Shown: in pieces, positions 10,312-20,694 of the stretch | Numbering within the stretch: the first letter of the stretch is position 1 | Layout: each line of letters opens with the position of its first letter | Source: a virus | Length of the DNA: 64,000 nucleotides | Strand: one strand, 5' to 3' | Virus record (IMG/VR): IMGVR_UViG_3300042503_002645 | Span: 55,045-119,044 of that record | Program-made: the position numbers and the translations under genes | Notes under the pieces: model-generated | What the model saw: the letters and a program-made list of their open reading frames with translations, nothing else | Told to the model about the DNA's origin: nothing | Database searches by the model: none

Positions 10312-10787
10312 GGTTGACCATGGGCGTTGCCGACTACGCAGACCGCAAGTACGACTACCTGGCTTTTCGTGACGTGAAGCCGCTGGGCGACCAGCGGCTG
10401 GGGCTGGAGCTCTACAACAAGAACACGAGCGGCCAGATCGCTACGGGTATTCAAAAGCTCGCGCAGCGGTGGGCGCTCGAGTTCCTCACTGAGCGCGGCT
10501 CGATGCCGGGGCTGCCGGAGCGCGGGTCTGACTTCATGCTGGCTGTGCGGCGGGGTTATCTCCGCAGCGAATTGGACGTGATTACTACGTTCAACACGGC
10601 CAATTTGTACATGACGCGCGCGCTGCGCAACGAAGAATACGAGGGCATGCCGGATGACGAGCGCTTCGATTACGCCGAGATCCGGAGCGTGGAATTCCTA
10701 CCCGGATACATGAACCTAACTGTTATGATCAACAGCGTCGCAGGCGAGTCGCGCGCCGCAATTCTCCCCATTGAAACACTGGTGTAG
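10308..10787 (+). CDS. Baseplate wedge protein, gp25/gpW/Mu gp46-like
   Basis: 'KLAQRWALEFLTERGSMPGLPERGSDF' matches the LLTxxGS...xGS pattern; directly precedes the J-like gene. Start may be ATG 10320. Confidence 0.65.
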   Translation: MRLTMGVADYADRKYDYLAFRDVKPLGDQRLGLELYNKNTSGQIATGIQKLAQRWALEFLTERGSMPGLPERGSDFMLAVRRGYLRSELDVITTFNTANLYMTRALRNEEYEGMPDDERFDYAEIRSVEFLPGYMNLTVMINSVAGESRAAILPIETLV

Positions 10788-10795
10788 GTGCTTTT

Positions 10796-12439
10796 ATGGC
10801 CCTGGAAATCGGCAGCCTGTCGGAGCTGAATGCAGCGCAGGTCGACGCGATGTTTGCGACGTTCACGCAGCTCATGAAGGAGCGCCATCCCGAGGTCGAG
10901 TTGACCCGCGGCGTGTTCCATGACCTGGTCGTTTACTTCAATGCTGTCCTGAATGCCTCGGTCCGCGAGAACATTTCCCGGGTGCTGGCCAGCAACAGCC
11001 TGCTGGCTATCTCCAGTAACCCGGAGCTGGCCGACGATGCCTTGGTGGACAAGGTGCTCTCCAACTACAACCTGGCCCGCGACGCCGGAGCGCAGGCCGT
11101 GGGAGAGGCCACGCTGGTGTTTAACCTGAACACGCAGACTTCGATCTCGGCCGCCACGGTATTTTCCGCGGACGGCATTCAGTTTCAGCCTACGCAGACG
11201 TTCACCGCCCTGCCGACCGGTTCGATCGCCGCGGACGACAGCCAGCGGGTGATGATCCCGGCGGGCGACGGATCATACGTCATCAACATCCTAATGCGTG
11301 CCGTCTCGGTGGGGACGGCCGGTAACATCCGCCGCGGCACGAAGCTCATTCCTGACAACATCATTAACAACACCACGCAGGCGTTCGCGGCCACGGACTT
11401 CGTGAACGGCGCCGAGCCGCTCACCAATGTCGAGTACATCAGCAAGCTCTCGGCGGGCCTGGCCTCCAAGGCGATCGGCGGTCGGCAGAACTACATCGCG
11501 CAGATCCGAAACCAGGCCGCGTTCACGAACATCCCCCATCTGTCGATCATCGGCTGCGGTGACCCTGAGCAGCAGCGGGATCAGCACAGCCTGTTCCCCA
11601 TCTCCGGCGGCGGCAAGATCGACATTTACACGCAGACGCATTCCGCCGCCCAGGAACGCGAGCATCTGCGCGAGGCGGTGTACGTCGGCCCGGGCACAAA
11701 CGGCACGATCTGGCAGGTCGTGCTGGGACGTGACGCCGCGCCGGGTTTCTACGAAGTCGTGCGCGTGGCCAAGCCGCTCGCCACCGCGGACACCGGTTAC
11801 GCCGTGGTGCAGGACTCCCGCAACTTTGACCTGACGGACCTGGACTTTGTGCCAGATATCGTCAGCGTCGCGGAGGGCGCCTACACCCGTTACCAGACGG
11901 CCGTGATTCGCTTCGAGGACACGGACACGCTTCCCGGGACGCTCGTTCCCCAGGTGAGCCGCGCGTTCTACTCCGTAACGACCGCAGGCCTGCCGCTCAT
12001 CAACGAGCTACAGGATTACCTGGCTGACCGGGACGTGCGCAGCCGTGCCGCCGACGTGCTGGTCAGGGCGGCCGTTCCCTGCTTCACAAAGATATCTTTC
12101 GAAATCCGCAAGGCCGCGAACGACCCGGCCATCGACACAGCGCCCATCAAAACCGCCCTGGTGGCGGCTATCCGCGAGGTCGGCTTCACCGGCCAGCTCC
12201 ACGCGTCGACCATCTCGAGCGTCGTGCACCGGTACCTTACAGGCCGGGCGGCGCTGGGGGCGATCGACATGTTCGGCCGCATCCGGCGCCCTGACGGCAC
12301 AACGCAGTACGTCCGCGACAACACCCTGCTGCAGATTCCCGACGACCCGGCCCGCCTGGTGACGGGGCGCACGACGGCGTTCCTGGTGGGCGAAGACGAC
12401 ATCACGATTTCCTTTGTCGCCGCGGGCTTCACGAACTGA
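10796..12439 (+). CDS. Baseplate J-like protein
   Basis: 'VDKVLSNYNLARDAGAQAVGEATL', 'AVSVGTAGNI' and 'FVNGAEPLTNVEY' are J-family features. Confidence 0.8.
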   Translation: MALEIGSLSELNAAQVDAMFATFTQLMKERHPEVELTRGVFHDLVVYFNAVLNASVRENISRVLASNSLLAISSNPELADDALVDKVLSNYNLARDAGAQAVGEATLVFNLNTQTSISAATVFSADGIQFQPTQTFTALPTGSIAADDSQRVMIPAGDGSYVINILMRAVSVGTAGNIRRGTKLIPDNIINNTTQAFAATDFVNGAEPLTNVEYISKLSAGLASKAIGGRQNYIAQIRNQAAFTNIPHLSIIGCGDPEQQRDQHSLFPISGGGKIDIYTQTHSAAQEREHLREAVYVGPGTNGTIWQVVLGRDAAPGFYEVVRVAKPLATADTGYAVVQDSRNFDLTDLDFVPDIVSVAEGAYTRYQTAVIRFEDTDTLPGTLVPQVSRAFYSVTTAGLPLINELQDYLADRDVRSRAADVLVRAAVPCFTKISFEIRKAANDPAIDTAPIKTALVAAIREVGFTGQLHASTISSVVHRYLTGRAALGAIDMFGRIRRPDGTTQYVRDNTLLQIPDDPARLVTGRTTAFLVGEDDITISFVAAGFTN

Positions 12440-12449
12440 CAGGTGACTG

Positions 12450-14027
12450 ATGGCCGTATTCGTCTATCCGGGCTCCGACCTCGACCGTGCCAATGCTCTG
12501 CTGGCCGTGCTGGGCAGTTTCTGGGCGCGCACCTACGCCGCGAGCGACCAGGTGCGTTCTTACACAACCGCAACAGCGCAGTCTGTCGCGCAGTCGCACC
12601 GCAACCTGCTTGAGGTGGCGGCGGCGCTGAGCCGGTTTGAAGTGCCGCTCTATCACACCGAGAGCTGGGTGCCGATCGCGCTGCGCAAGAGCGAAATGAA
12701 CGCGGGCCTGGTGGGCGCGGCGCGCTTCAACGATGGCCTGGTCACGTTCGACGACAACAAGGCCCGCTTCGACCAGCCGATCGCGCGCGCTACATATGCT
12801 TTCCCGAAGCCAGAGAAGCTGGTCAGCGCGGCGCAGATGTTCAACAAGCTCGTCGTGCCCACGGTCGCCCTGTCCGAGAACGTCGACTTCTACATCGACG
12901 AGACCCGGTCGGCGATCGTGTTCACTGCCGACCCGTTTGAGCGGCCGGACTTTCTGCGGCGCATCATCTACGAAAACTCGCAGCCCGTTGACGAAGAGAT
13001 CACGATCTGGGCGTTCCAGGGTCAATTTGATTACGAGTATGTGTTCAACCAGTTTGCGTACGCCCTGGGGATGCGGCTAAAGACCAGCCAGGGCTTCAAG
13101 AACCTGATGAACGCCGTGATCGATGGCCTGGTCAACGGCGGCGCCACGGCGCTCGACCTGGACCTGGCGTTCTCGGCGATCTGTGGCATTCCGCTGGCCA
13201 CGGAAACCGAGACGGTCGAGGTTTTACAGCGCGACGCCCACGGGATCTTCATCGCCACCGACAAGCACGTTTACCGATTTCCGGACGACGCCGTGCCCGT
13301 GGTGGCCGCCGGAGATAGGGTCCGGGCTGGTTCGCCGTTGGTTGACGCGCTGACCGTCGTGCCGCTGACCGACGGAACTGTGCCTGTAAGCGTTTCCGCG
13401 CTGGCGCTCGACGGCGGCTATTTGGCAGCCTGCTTTTACGCGGACCTGGTGTTCGAAAACAAGGAGCTGCCGCTCGAGGTGCGCACAGACCACCCGAGCG
13501 GTTACACGTTCGTGCGGTTCCCGCTGGGCGGCTTCCCTGCGGACGCGGAACGCTTTTTTGACGAGCTGCACGCCCGAGGCGTTGCCGCCGCGCAGTTTGT
13601 GCCGGACCCATGTGACCGGAAAAACCGTAAGCTGGGGACGCTGGCGCACCTCCTTGACCGGCGGGCCCAGCCCTCCGGCGAGCCCAACGCCAGCCACCTT
13701 CCGGCTACGATCAATCCGCTCCAGTTCATCGCAAAAAACATCCTGCGCAACAATGTCTTCCTCGTCCGTATCCGGGCGGGCGCGTTGGGGCAAAATCGGC
13801 TCGGCTTGTACAATATGAGGCACCTGCGGCAGCTTTTGCCGCCGCACTCGGCCATGATCGTGATTTACGAGATCGGTGGGATCCGGGACAGCGTTAACGG
13901 CGAAGATAACGTGTCGTCCGGCGCAAGTACCTTTACCGGAGCCGAGCCGCTAACGGACGCAGTGACCGAGGAAATGGTGCGGGACGTCGGAGCAACCGCG
14001 CGAGCACTGTCTGGAACGTGCCAATAA
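12450..14027 (+). CDS. Baseplate wedge protein (gpI-like position)
   Basis: Follows J; C-terminal 'LRQLLPPHSAMIV' resembles the 'PAH' end of gpI/gp48-like proteins. Confidence 0.55.
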   Translation: MAVFVYPGSDLDRANALLAVLGSFWARTYAASDQVRSYTTATAQSVAQSHRNLLEVAAALSRFEVPLYHTESWVPIALRKSEMNAGLVGAARFNDGLVTFDDNKARFDQPIARATYAFPKPEKLVSAAQMFNKLVVPTVALSENVDFYIDETRSAIVFTADPFERPDFLRRIIYENSQPVDEEITIWAFQGQFDYEYVFNQFAYALGMRLKTSQGFKNLMNAVIDGLVNGGATALDLDLAFSAICGIPLATETETVEVLQRDAHGIFIATDKHVYRFPDDAVPVVAAGDRVRAGSPLVDALTVVPLTDGTVPVSVSALALDGGYLAACFYADLVFENKELPLEVRTDHPSGYTFVRFPLGGFPADAERFFDELHARGVAAAQFVPDPCDRKNRKLGTLAHLLDRRAQPSGEPNASHLPATINPLQFIAKNILRNNVFLVRIRAGALGQNRLGLYNMRHLRQLLPPHSAMIVIYEIGGIRDSVNGEDNVSSGASTFTGAEPLTDAVTEEMVRDVGATARALSGTCQ

Positions 14028-14036
14028 GGGAATGCC

Positions 14037-14684
14037 ATGGCCTGCGACAAGATTGGAGTTAACGGGTCCGGGGTGCGCGGGCGCGTCACGCTGTGGCGCG
14101 TCGACGAGGCGAGCGGCCTGCTGACGCCCCTGCACAGCCAGCGCAACCAGATCGTCCTGTCATGGGGCCACATCGCGGCGCGCCAGCTCGGGTTTCGGCC
14201 GGGCGCCGGTCGGCCCAGCTACCACATCTCGGCGATGTACATCGAGTACGAGAACGTGGGCGACCCGGAAGACCCGGCGACCGTGGCCGTTCTCAATTCC
14301 CGCGACTTCGACCCGGATTACTACTACGGGCAGCTGGTGAACAGCTCGACCCAGGGCTTCGTTCGCGTGCCGCTGCGAATCGAGCCGACGCTCGGTATCT
14401 CGGCGCAAACTGCCGATGATTACCCCGACTACTTCACAGACGGCGTGAACGGCAACCAGCTCACGTTCTTTGCGCAGACCTCCAACGCCGAGGTGCAGAA
14501 CGCTGTCCCTTTTGGCGCGGCTTACAACAGCAAAGTGTACGCCGCCGCCCTGGTCGCCACCCCTGCGGGCGACGACCACACCCAGGACGTTGTGTTCGCG
14601 CGGACGACTTTCGCGGAGGCCAACCAGGTCACCAAGGAAGCGTCCTCGCAGATCGGCATCTCCTGGGACGTCGCCTTCGAATAG
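14037..14684 (+). CDS. Tail-fibre attachment/collar-type protein
   Basis: 'NQIV...VFARTTF...TK...IGISWDVAF' pattern typical of small proteins ahead of fibre genes. Confidence 0.55.
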   Translation: MACDKIGVNGSGVRGRVTLWRVDEASGLLTPLHSQRNQIVLSWGHIAARQLGFRPGAGRPSYHISAMYIEYENVGDPEDPATVAVLNSRDFDPDYYYGQLVNSSTQGFVRVPLRIEPTLGISAQTADDYPDYFTDGVNGNQLTFFAQTSNAEVQNAVPFGAAYNSKVYAAALVATPAGDDHTQDVVFARTTFAEANQVTKEASSQIGISWDVAFE

Positions 14685-14726
14685 TCGCTCAATCACGCGG
14701 ACGTGTGAAAGTCTGGGAGGACAGGG

Positions 14727-16619
14727 ATGTCCAGCAGCCAATGGTTCAACAACGTTAAGCACGTCGCGCCGGGCGAGCCCGTGAACGCGGGCGTTGTCTC
14801 TCGGCCTGACCAGGCGCTCGTCAACCGCACGAACTACCTGAAGGAGCGCCTCGACGCCGCAGCGCTGGGTCAGGCCCTGTTCGACACGGACGCCACGGTT
14901 GCGCCGGACGTGCTGCCCGGACAGCCGGTGTACTGGAACGCCGCGACGCAGCGGTACGAAAAAGCCATCGCGCTGGCGGAGATCGAGCCCAACACGCAGA
15001 CGGTCGTTACGCGGCCCTCAAGCGACGTGCTCGGTCTCTGCTACCGGAAGCGGTCCGCTACCCTGGCTGACATCGTGCTGCGCGGCATTGTGCAGCTCCC
15101 GGAGCTTACCAACGCCATCGCGGGCACGATCACGCCCGGGCGTTACTACCTGTCGGCCACCGAGCCCGGCAAGCTCGTCAAACAACGACCGCCCGTTTCT
15201 GTGAACGTCTGTTTCGTGCAGGGTGTCAAGGACAGCTGCGCCGACGCCCCGTGGGTGCTCGTGATGCCGCAGGTTCGCGACTTTCTCGAGGACCACATTC
15301 ATTACCGCTTCGAGCTGACGACGCTGCCCGCGGGCGACCACGACCCGGAAGAGGCCGCGCTGAGCGGCGTGCATACCGTCACCGACGCAGACGACTCGCT
15401 GCCCGGCTGGCTCCCAGCTAACCACGCGGTGTTCGACGGCCGCGCGCCCGCAGGCGCAAAGTTTGGCTACAACCTTTCGCAGCACCAGGCGCTCTCGCTT
15501 GTCTGGCCGCCCCAGCCGCTCCAGGCGGTCGCTGTGCTCTGGGACAAAGGCATAAACCGCGTTGGCGCCACAGAAGTCCCGCTGGGCGCGGACGGGCTGT
15601 GCGTTGTCAACAAGGACGGCATCTGGTGGATGAACGATTGCTACGCCAACGTGCCCTGGCCAGCGGACCTGAGCACCTCCGAGACCTCGTCCGAGGGCAG
15701 TCTGCCGGAGTGCCCCAAGCCGGAAAGCATGCGGCTGGTGGTGGTCTTCCTGCGCATGCTTTACGGCAACGACCGCAGCGTCGTGACCAGCCTGAAGCCC
15801 GCGTCTGGCAGCCCGATCACGGTGGTCAACTGCGACGGTCTCCCCGCGAACGTCGACAACGCGCTGACGGGCGATCTGGAGCTCGGACTGAACCTGCAGC
15901 TTCTGGAAGACCCGGTAGTTGTTAACGGCGGGCAGGTCTACAAGCAGATCACCAACGAGTTCAAGTTTCGCAAGGGCTGGGTGACCGAGGGCGTCCGCAT
16001 CGGCTTCGGTCCGCTGACGATCAACAGCACCAACAGCCGCGTGTTGACAAGCTCGGAGAAGACCGCGCTGGATCTGCCGCCGACAGACACGTCCTTGCTC
16101 CATCAGGGCCTGATCACGCTCTCCTACGACGACCAGCTCGTCGAGCGCGAAATCTCGCCGCAGATCATCAGGCTTTCGGACACGGTCGAGCGACTCTACA
16201 AGGATATCCCGTATCTGGGATTTCCCGAGGGCCAGAACTCGCTGGTACGCGTGCGACTCAACGTGCCCGCCTCGAACCTGGGCCAGTTCCTCGAGATGAA
16301 GATCCGCGTGCAGCTCTTCGGCCGCACGACGGGCCTGCTGCCTGAGATGACCATGTCGTACCGGCGGCTGCCCAGGCCGTCGCCGAATCCGGTGGCGCTC
16401 ACGCCGTCCGACTTTGAGTACGACATTGACTTCACCGTGCCCACCACCTCGCTGGCGATCGACACGATGGTCGAGATTGAGAGCGAGTCGTTCTGCATCA
16501 AGGAAGGCGACACGATCCTGGTCACGCTGGCGCGCAACGGCGCGTCGGACAGCTACAACGCCGAGGTCGGGATGCTGCGCATGTCTGGAATCGTGAACGT
16601 TTCTTCTACTTGCACGTGA
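14727..16619 (+). CDS. Tail fibre/baseplate-attached protein
   Basis: N-terminal 'SRPDQALVNRTNYLKERL' resembles the common fibre anchor motif. Confidence 0.6.
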   Translation: MSSSQWFNNVKHVAPGEPVNAGVVSRPDQALVNRTNYLKERLDAAALGQALFDTDATVAPDVLPGQPVYWNAATQRYEKAIALAEIEPNTQTVVTRPSSDVLGLCYRKRSATLADIVLRGIVQLPELTNAIAGTITPGRYYLSATEPGKLVKQRPPVSVNVCFVQGVKDSCADAPWVLVMPQVRDFLEDHIHYRFELTTLPAGDHDPEEAALSGVHTVTDADDSLPGWLPANHAVFDGRAPAGAKFGYNLSQHQALSLVWPPQPLQAVAVLWDKGINRVGATEVPLGADGLCVVNKDGIWWMNDCYANVPWPADLSTSETSSEGSLPECPKPESMRLVVVFLRMLYGNDRSVVTSLKPASGSPITVVNCDGLPANVDNALTGDLELGLNLQLLEDPVVVNGGQVYKQITNEFKFRKGWVTEGVRIGFGPLTINSTNSRVLTSSEKTALDLPPTDTSLLHQGLITLSYDDQLVEREISPQIIRLSDTVERLYKDIPYLGFPEGQNSLVRVRLNVPASNLGQFLEMKIRVQLFGRTTGLLPEMTMSYRRLPRPSPNPVALTPSDFEYDIDFTVPTTSLAIDTMVEIESESFCIKEGDTILVTLARNGASDSYNAEVGMLRMSGIVNVSSTCT

Positions 16620-16625
16620 TAATCC

Positions 16626-17579
16626 ATGGCAGTCGGCAACTGGAATCTCCAATTCCTAAACCACAACTCGCAGCGGGCGTATCCGCTGACCGAGCGCGCC
16701 ACCAAAACAGACACGACCGGCACGATTCGCATTCCGGACAGTTTCATCGTCGGCATGAACCTGCCAATCCACGCCGGGCTGGAGATCGAGCCCGCGAAGT
16801 TCTACATCAAGACTCTGCTGCTGGCGCCGACCGGCTTTAACATCACGATCAGCTACGACAACGGCCAAGGCGAAAGCAACCCAGACGTGGCCGCGGCGAT
16901 CATTGCCCGCAGCGCCTTCGCGCCGAACCGGGCCTTCGCGCTGGCAGGCGTCGATGAGTTCGTCGACACGATCGGCGAGGTTGTCATTGGGCGGCTAGAC
17001 GAGATCGACGCGCTACCGCCCGGGCTGTACACGTTCGCGCCCGAGGCCGGAGCGCTCGAAACTGACCCGGTGCGCCCCATGATCCGCGGCATCCCGCGGC
17101 TCCGCGTGGCCAGCGGCGCCGAGATCAGCGAGGACATCTACGGCGACGTGACGCTTGTCGCGGGCGCCAACATGCGGATCGTCGTCGAGAACAGCCCGAC
17201 CGCTGACCCGCGCATCACCTTCAGCGCTATCAGCGGCGAGAACCTCAACAAGGACTGCGCCTGTCAGACGCCGCAGACGGGCGAGTGCATTCGCTGCATC
17301 AACGGAGTGTGCTCGGACGACGGCACGTTCACGCTTAACCCGGGCGAGTGCGTCGATATCACGGCGGCCAGTGGCGGCCTGTCGTTCGCGGACATCTGCG
17401 CCCAGCCCTGCTGCGGCTGCGCCGAGCTGGACGCGCTGGCGGAACAGGTGGACCGCTTCAGCGACGGCGTGAACACGCTGCAGAACTTCACGTCCCGGCT
17501 GAGTGCGGAAGTTACGCAGATGTCGCTGGTGGTTCTGGGCAGTCGACTGGGCGACACCGGTTGCAGTACCTGTAACTGA
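16626..17579 (+). CDS. Virion protein, paralog family member 1 (RxYP motif, Cys-rich C-terminus)
   Basis: 'NHNSQRAYPL', 'IRCINGV...GTFTL', 'PCCGC'. Confidence 0.65.
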   Translation: MAVGNWNLQFLNHNSQRAYPLTERATKTDTTGTIRIPDSFIVGMNLPIHAGLEIEPAKFYIKTLLLAPTGFNITISYDNGQGESNPDVAAAIIARSAFAPNRAFALAGVDEFVDTIGEVVIGRLDEIDALPPGLYTFAPEAGALETDPVRPMIRGIPRLRVASGAEISEDIYGDVTLVAGANMRIVVENSPTADPRITFSAISGENLNKDCACQTPQTGECIRCINGVCSDDGTFTLNPGECVDITAASGGLSFADICAQPCCGCAELDALAEQVDRFSDGVNTLQNFTSRLSAEVTQMSLVVLGSRLGDTGCSTCN

Positions 17580-17587
17580 GGGCCGCC

Positions 17588-19129
17588 ATGAGCTGCGACG
17601 ACTTCATTATTTCGCCGCGGGGCCGAGCGGGCATTGGCGTGAATCAGCCGCAGAGCGGGCTGGACTACCCGCTTGTCGCGCCCTCCGCGGACATTAGATA
17701 TCTAATCGCCGACTTCTACCTGGCGTACGACGACCCGCACTTCTACAGGGCTGCCATCCCCGAGCGCGTCCATCCGCTGCGCATCAAGTGGCTGTACGGC
17801 GTCGGCTGCGAGGCTGCCAGCGCGCCGGGCTGGGCGCCGACGCCCGTGCACGCCGCGGACATTATCGTGGTGGACGCCGAGGAGAACGTCGTCTTCGACT
17901 CGACGCAGCTCATCGCCGCCCGTGGCGATCCGGAATACTCGAGCTTTCGCCAGCGCTCCTGGGGCGACGACTACGAGATCTACGAGTGGATCGGCAGCGA
18001 GGCCGTTTGTCGCCTCGTCGTCTACAAGACCTGGCCGCCGTCTTCGAGCACTGCCATTGACGACGAATGGGCGCGGCGAAACTGGCCCGTGCATTTGGCG
18101 CCTGAGAACGCCGTCCTGGACGAGCGCGCCGTGTACAAGCTGCCGCGCCGTCTGCGGTCGCTGCGCGTCGGGGCCACGCCGACCGGGCTCGCGTTCCGGC
18201 AAACCGGCGTGGTGCTCGCCGAGGGGCACAACATGGAGATCACCGCAGCCGCGCCAGGCCGCGTCGGCGCGCGGCGCAACACGAACATCACGCTCGCCGT
18301 CATCCCGGGCACCGGGACCGGCAAGTACGAGGACTGCCCCGAGGACGAACCGACTAGCCCTATCCTGCAAATCAACGGCGTGTCACCGCGCGAGGGTGGC
18401 GATTTTCTCCTGTCCGGAGCTGACTGCATCTACATCAGGCAGCCGACCGAGCTTGTGGGCGACCGTGCCCGCCCGCTCCGCGTGGGCGGTTCGGCCGCGC
18501 TGGCGATCAATACTGACTGCCCGGCCTGCTGCGACTGCCCTGATTACGCCGCCGTTGCGCTCTACATGAATCGCGTGGCGGCGCTATACGCCGGTGTCGG
18601 CCAGCAGGCGCATCAGGCCAAGCTGCTCCACGAGGGCAACATCGACCGCTGGGTCGAGCAGCGCGATTGCCGCCTGCAGCGACCGCTTCGCGTGCTCATG
18701 ACGCCGCAGAACTGCCCGACCGTAGACGTCGTGATCATGTACTGCAACCAGTGCCAGCAGTGCGCCGAGGACGTCTCCCTGGCCGTTTCGTTCAGTGCGT
18801 TCCCGGCGCCCGAAACGGTCGAGGTCGTCTGCGGCTACACAACGCTGACCGCGCCAGGTTACCCCGGCGTGAATTACAAGCTACAAGGTACATACCCGAA
18901 CTTCACGGCGCAGTTGCCGCCGATCGACGTCGGAAACTCTGCGTACGTGAAGTTCCGGCTGCGGTTCCTACCGAAAACGGCGCCATATGCCGTCACCGCG
19001 ACGCTGACCGGAACGGACGCCGGAGACGCAGTCCGGGCGGGGTGTGAACTTACGAACCCGAGTGCGTCCGCGACGACCACGGTCACGCTAAAATGCAGCG
19101 CCACCGGTGAAACCCTGCAGAACTGTTAA
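17588..19129 (+). CDS. Virion protein, paralog family member 2
   Basis: 'LDYPL', 'ILQINGVSP..GGDFLL', 'CPACCDC'. Confidence 0.65.
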   Translation: MSCDDFIISPRGRAGIGVNQPQSGLDYPLVAPSADIRYLIADFYLAYDDPHFYRAAIPERVHPLRIKWLYGVGCEAASAPGWAPTPVHAADIIVVDAEENVVFDSTQLIAARGDPEYSSFRQRSWGDDYEIYEWIGSEAVCRLVVYKTWPPSSSTAIDDEWARRNWPVHLAPENAVLDERAVYKLPRRLRSLRVGATPTGLAFRQTGVVLAEGHNMEITAAAPGRVGARRNTNITLAVIPGTGTGKYEDCPEDEPTSPILQINGVSPREGGDFLLSGADCIYIRQPTELVGDRARPLRVGGSAALAINTDCPACCDCPDYAAVALYMNRVAALYAGVGQQAHQAKLLHEGNIDRWVEQRDCRLQRPLRVLMTPQNCPTVDVVIMYCNQCQQCAEDVSLAVSFSAFPAPETVEVVCGYTTLTAPGYPGVNYKLQGTYPNFTAQLPPIDVGNSAYVKFRLRFLPKTAPYAVTATLTGTDAGDAVRAGCELTNPSASATTTVTLKCSATGETLQNC

Positions 19130-19131
19130 AC

Positions 19132-20691
19132 ATGCCCGTCCGCAATCAAAACTGGTACGACCTTCAGGCGAACCGGCGCTACCCGCTGGACGAGCAAAGC
19201 ACCGGTCTGGACGACGAGGGCGCGTTCATTCGCGACAACATCCTCGTTGATTGCCACATCCGCTTCCCCTCAACGCTTGGCAACTATCTGTACATCCAGG
19301 GCATGACGGTCGCGCCCGCCCTGGTGTCGATTGTGTTCGGCGTGGCCGACGCGCTGTCTGACACCACCGGCACAACGATCGCGGCAATCACGTTGCCCCG
19401 TACCGCGCCGCAAAGCGTCAACCACCAGATCACTCCGCTGCAGCCCGGAGTCGCAGGCTGGGTTGTGCTGGGCCCGGGGGTAGCAGAGGAATTCGTCGGC
19501 CGGTACGCCGCGCCGCTGCAGACCATGATCTCACAGCGGTGCGCCCGCCGTTATCGCCCGCTGCCTGTTCCAACCATCGGAAAAGTGGGCCTCGGGGCCG
19601 GGCTCGAGAACATTGTGAACATGACGGCGCAGGCGCCCCTTTCTGCCCGCCACGAAAAGCTCACGATAAACGGGCAGGAGAACTGCGACGCAATCGTGTT
19701 GCGCCTCGATACAGAGCAACAGGGCGATTACAACCCGCTGCAGTACTTCCTGGGCCCGTGCGCGGAGCGGCCCGAGAGCGGCACTTGCCCCAAGACGCCC
19801 ATTGAGACCATCAACGGTGTCGTGCCGGACTGCGACGGCAACATCACCCTGGTGTTCGAAGGCTTCGAAGCCTACCCGTACGCGGACTGCGGCGGCGTCG
19901 ACGTCGTCTCCAACATCGGCCTGGCGGAAGCCTGCGCGCCGTACGGCGACCCGCGCGCCCGCACGCCAGTCGACCAGTGCAGCGAAAGCCTCTCCGATCC
20001 GTTTGCCCAGCTGCCCGACGCCGAGGAGTACTCGTCTGAGACGCTGCCCGACGGCGCGTATCTCGGGTCATGTCTCGTCACGCCGGTCTGCGTCGACTTC
20101 TCCGCGGGCTCGACTTCGAACTTCTTCGTGCAGAGCGGCCTGTTCGTTTTCGAGAACGTCTCCGGGCCGCCGCTGTGCGGGCTCAGCTCCGCGTCGCCGT
20201 TTACCGCACACTACACGTACACCGCGGCCAACATCGTGCGCCGCAACATTGCCCTGTTCAAGAACTGCCCCACGAGCTGGGCGCTGGGCAAGACGATCAG
20301 CACCGAACTCCGGCTGACCTTCGCCGGGCTGCGGCGCAACGGCGGCATCGTGCTGAACTATCTCGTCGGCGCCCAGACGACGTACTTAGTCGCCATGATC
20401 GATGGTGACACGAACCAGCTCAGGCTGTTGCGCTTTAACGGATCGAGCCTGGTTAACGAATACAGCACGAACTTCCCGACGGCGGTCGGCCAATGGTACA
20501 ACTTGTCTGCCACGCCGTTTTCGTCGGGCAGCGGGGTATCGGTTACGGTAGCCGCTTCAGTGATCGGCAGCCTGGTTCCGCCAGTGGTTTTTACCAGTGC
20601 TGTGGCGAATTACGGAAACCCGATTGGGTTGTCTGGGCTCTATACCGATCGCGCCTTCACGAACTTCAACAAGTTCATCGTCGAGGATTGA
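19132..20691 (+). CDS. Virion protein, paralog family member 3, with a C-terminal beta-sandwich (lectin-like) region
   Basis: 'QANRRYPL', 'IETINGVVPDCDGNITL'; aromatic, beta-rich C-terminus. Confidence 0.65.
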   Translation: MPVRNQNWYDLQANRRYPLDEQSTGLDDEGAFIRDNILVDCHIRFPSTLGNYLYIQGMTVAPALVSIVFGVADALSDTTGTTIAAITLPRTAPQSVNHQITPLQPGVAGWVVLGPGVAEEFVGRYAAPLQTMISQRCARRYRPLPVPTIGKVGLGAGLENIVNMTAQAPLSARHEKLTINGQENCDAIVLRLDTEQQGDYNPLQYFLGPCAERPESGTCPKTPIETINGVVPDCDGNITLVFEGFEAYPYADCGGVDVVSNIGLAEACAPYGDPRARTPVDQCSESLSDPFAQLPDAEEYSSETLPDGAYLGSCLVTPVCVDFSAGSTSNFFVQSGLFVFENVSGPPLCGLSSASPFTAHYTYTAANIVRRNIALFKNCPTSWALGKTISTELRLTFAGLRRNGGIVLNYLVGAQTTYLVAMIDGDTNQLRLLRFNGSSLVNEYSTNFPTAVGQWYNLSATPFSSGSGVSVTVAASVIGSLVPPVVFTSAVANYGNPIGLSGLYTDRAFTNFNKFIVED

Positions 20692-20694
20692 GCC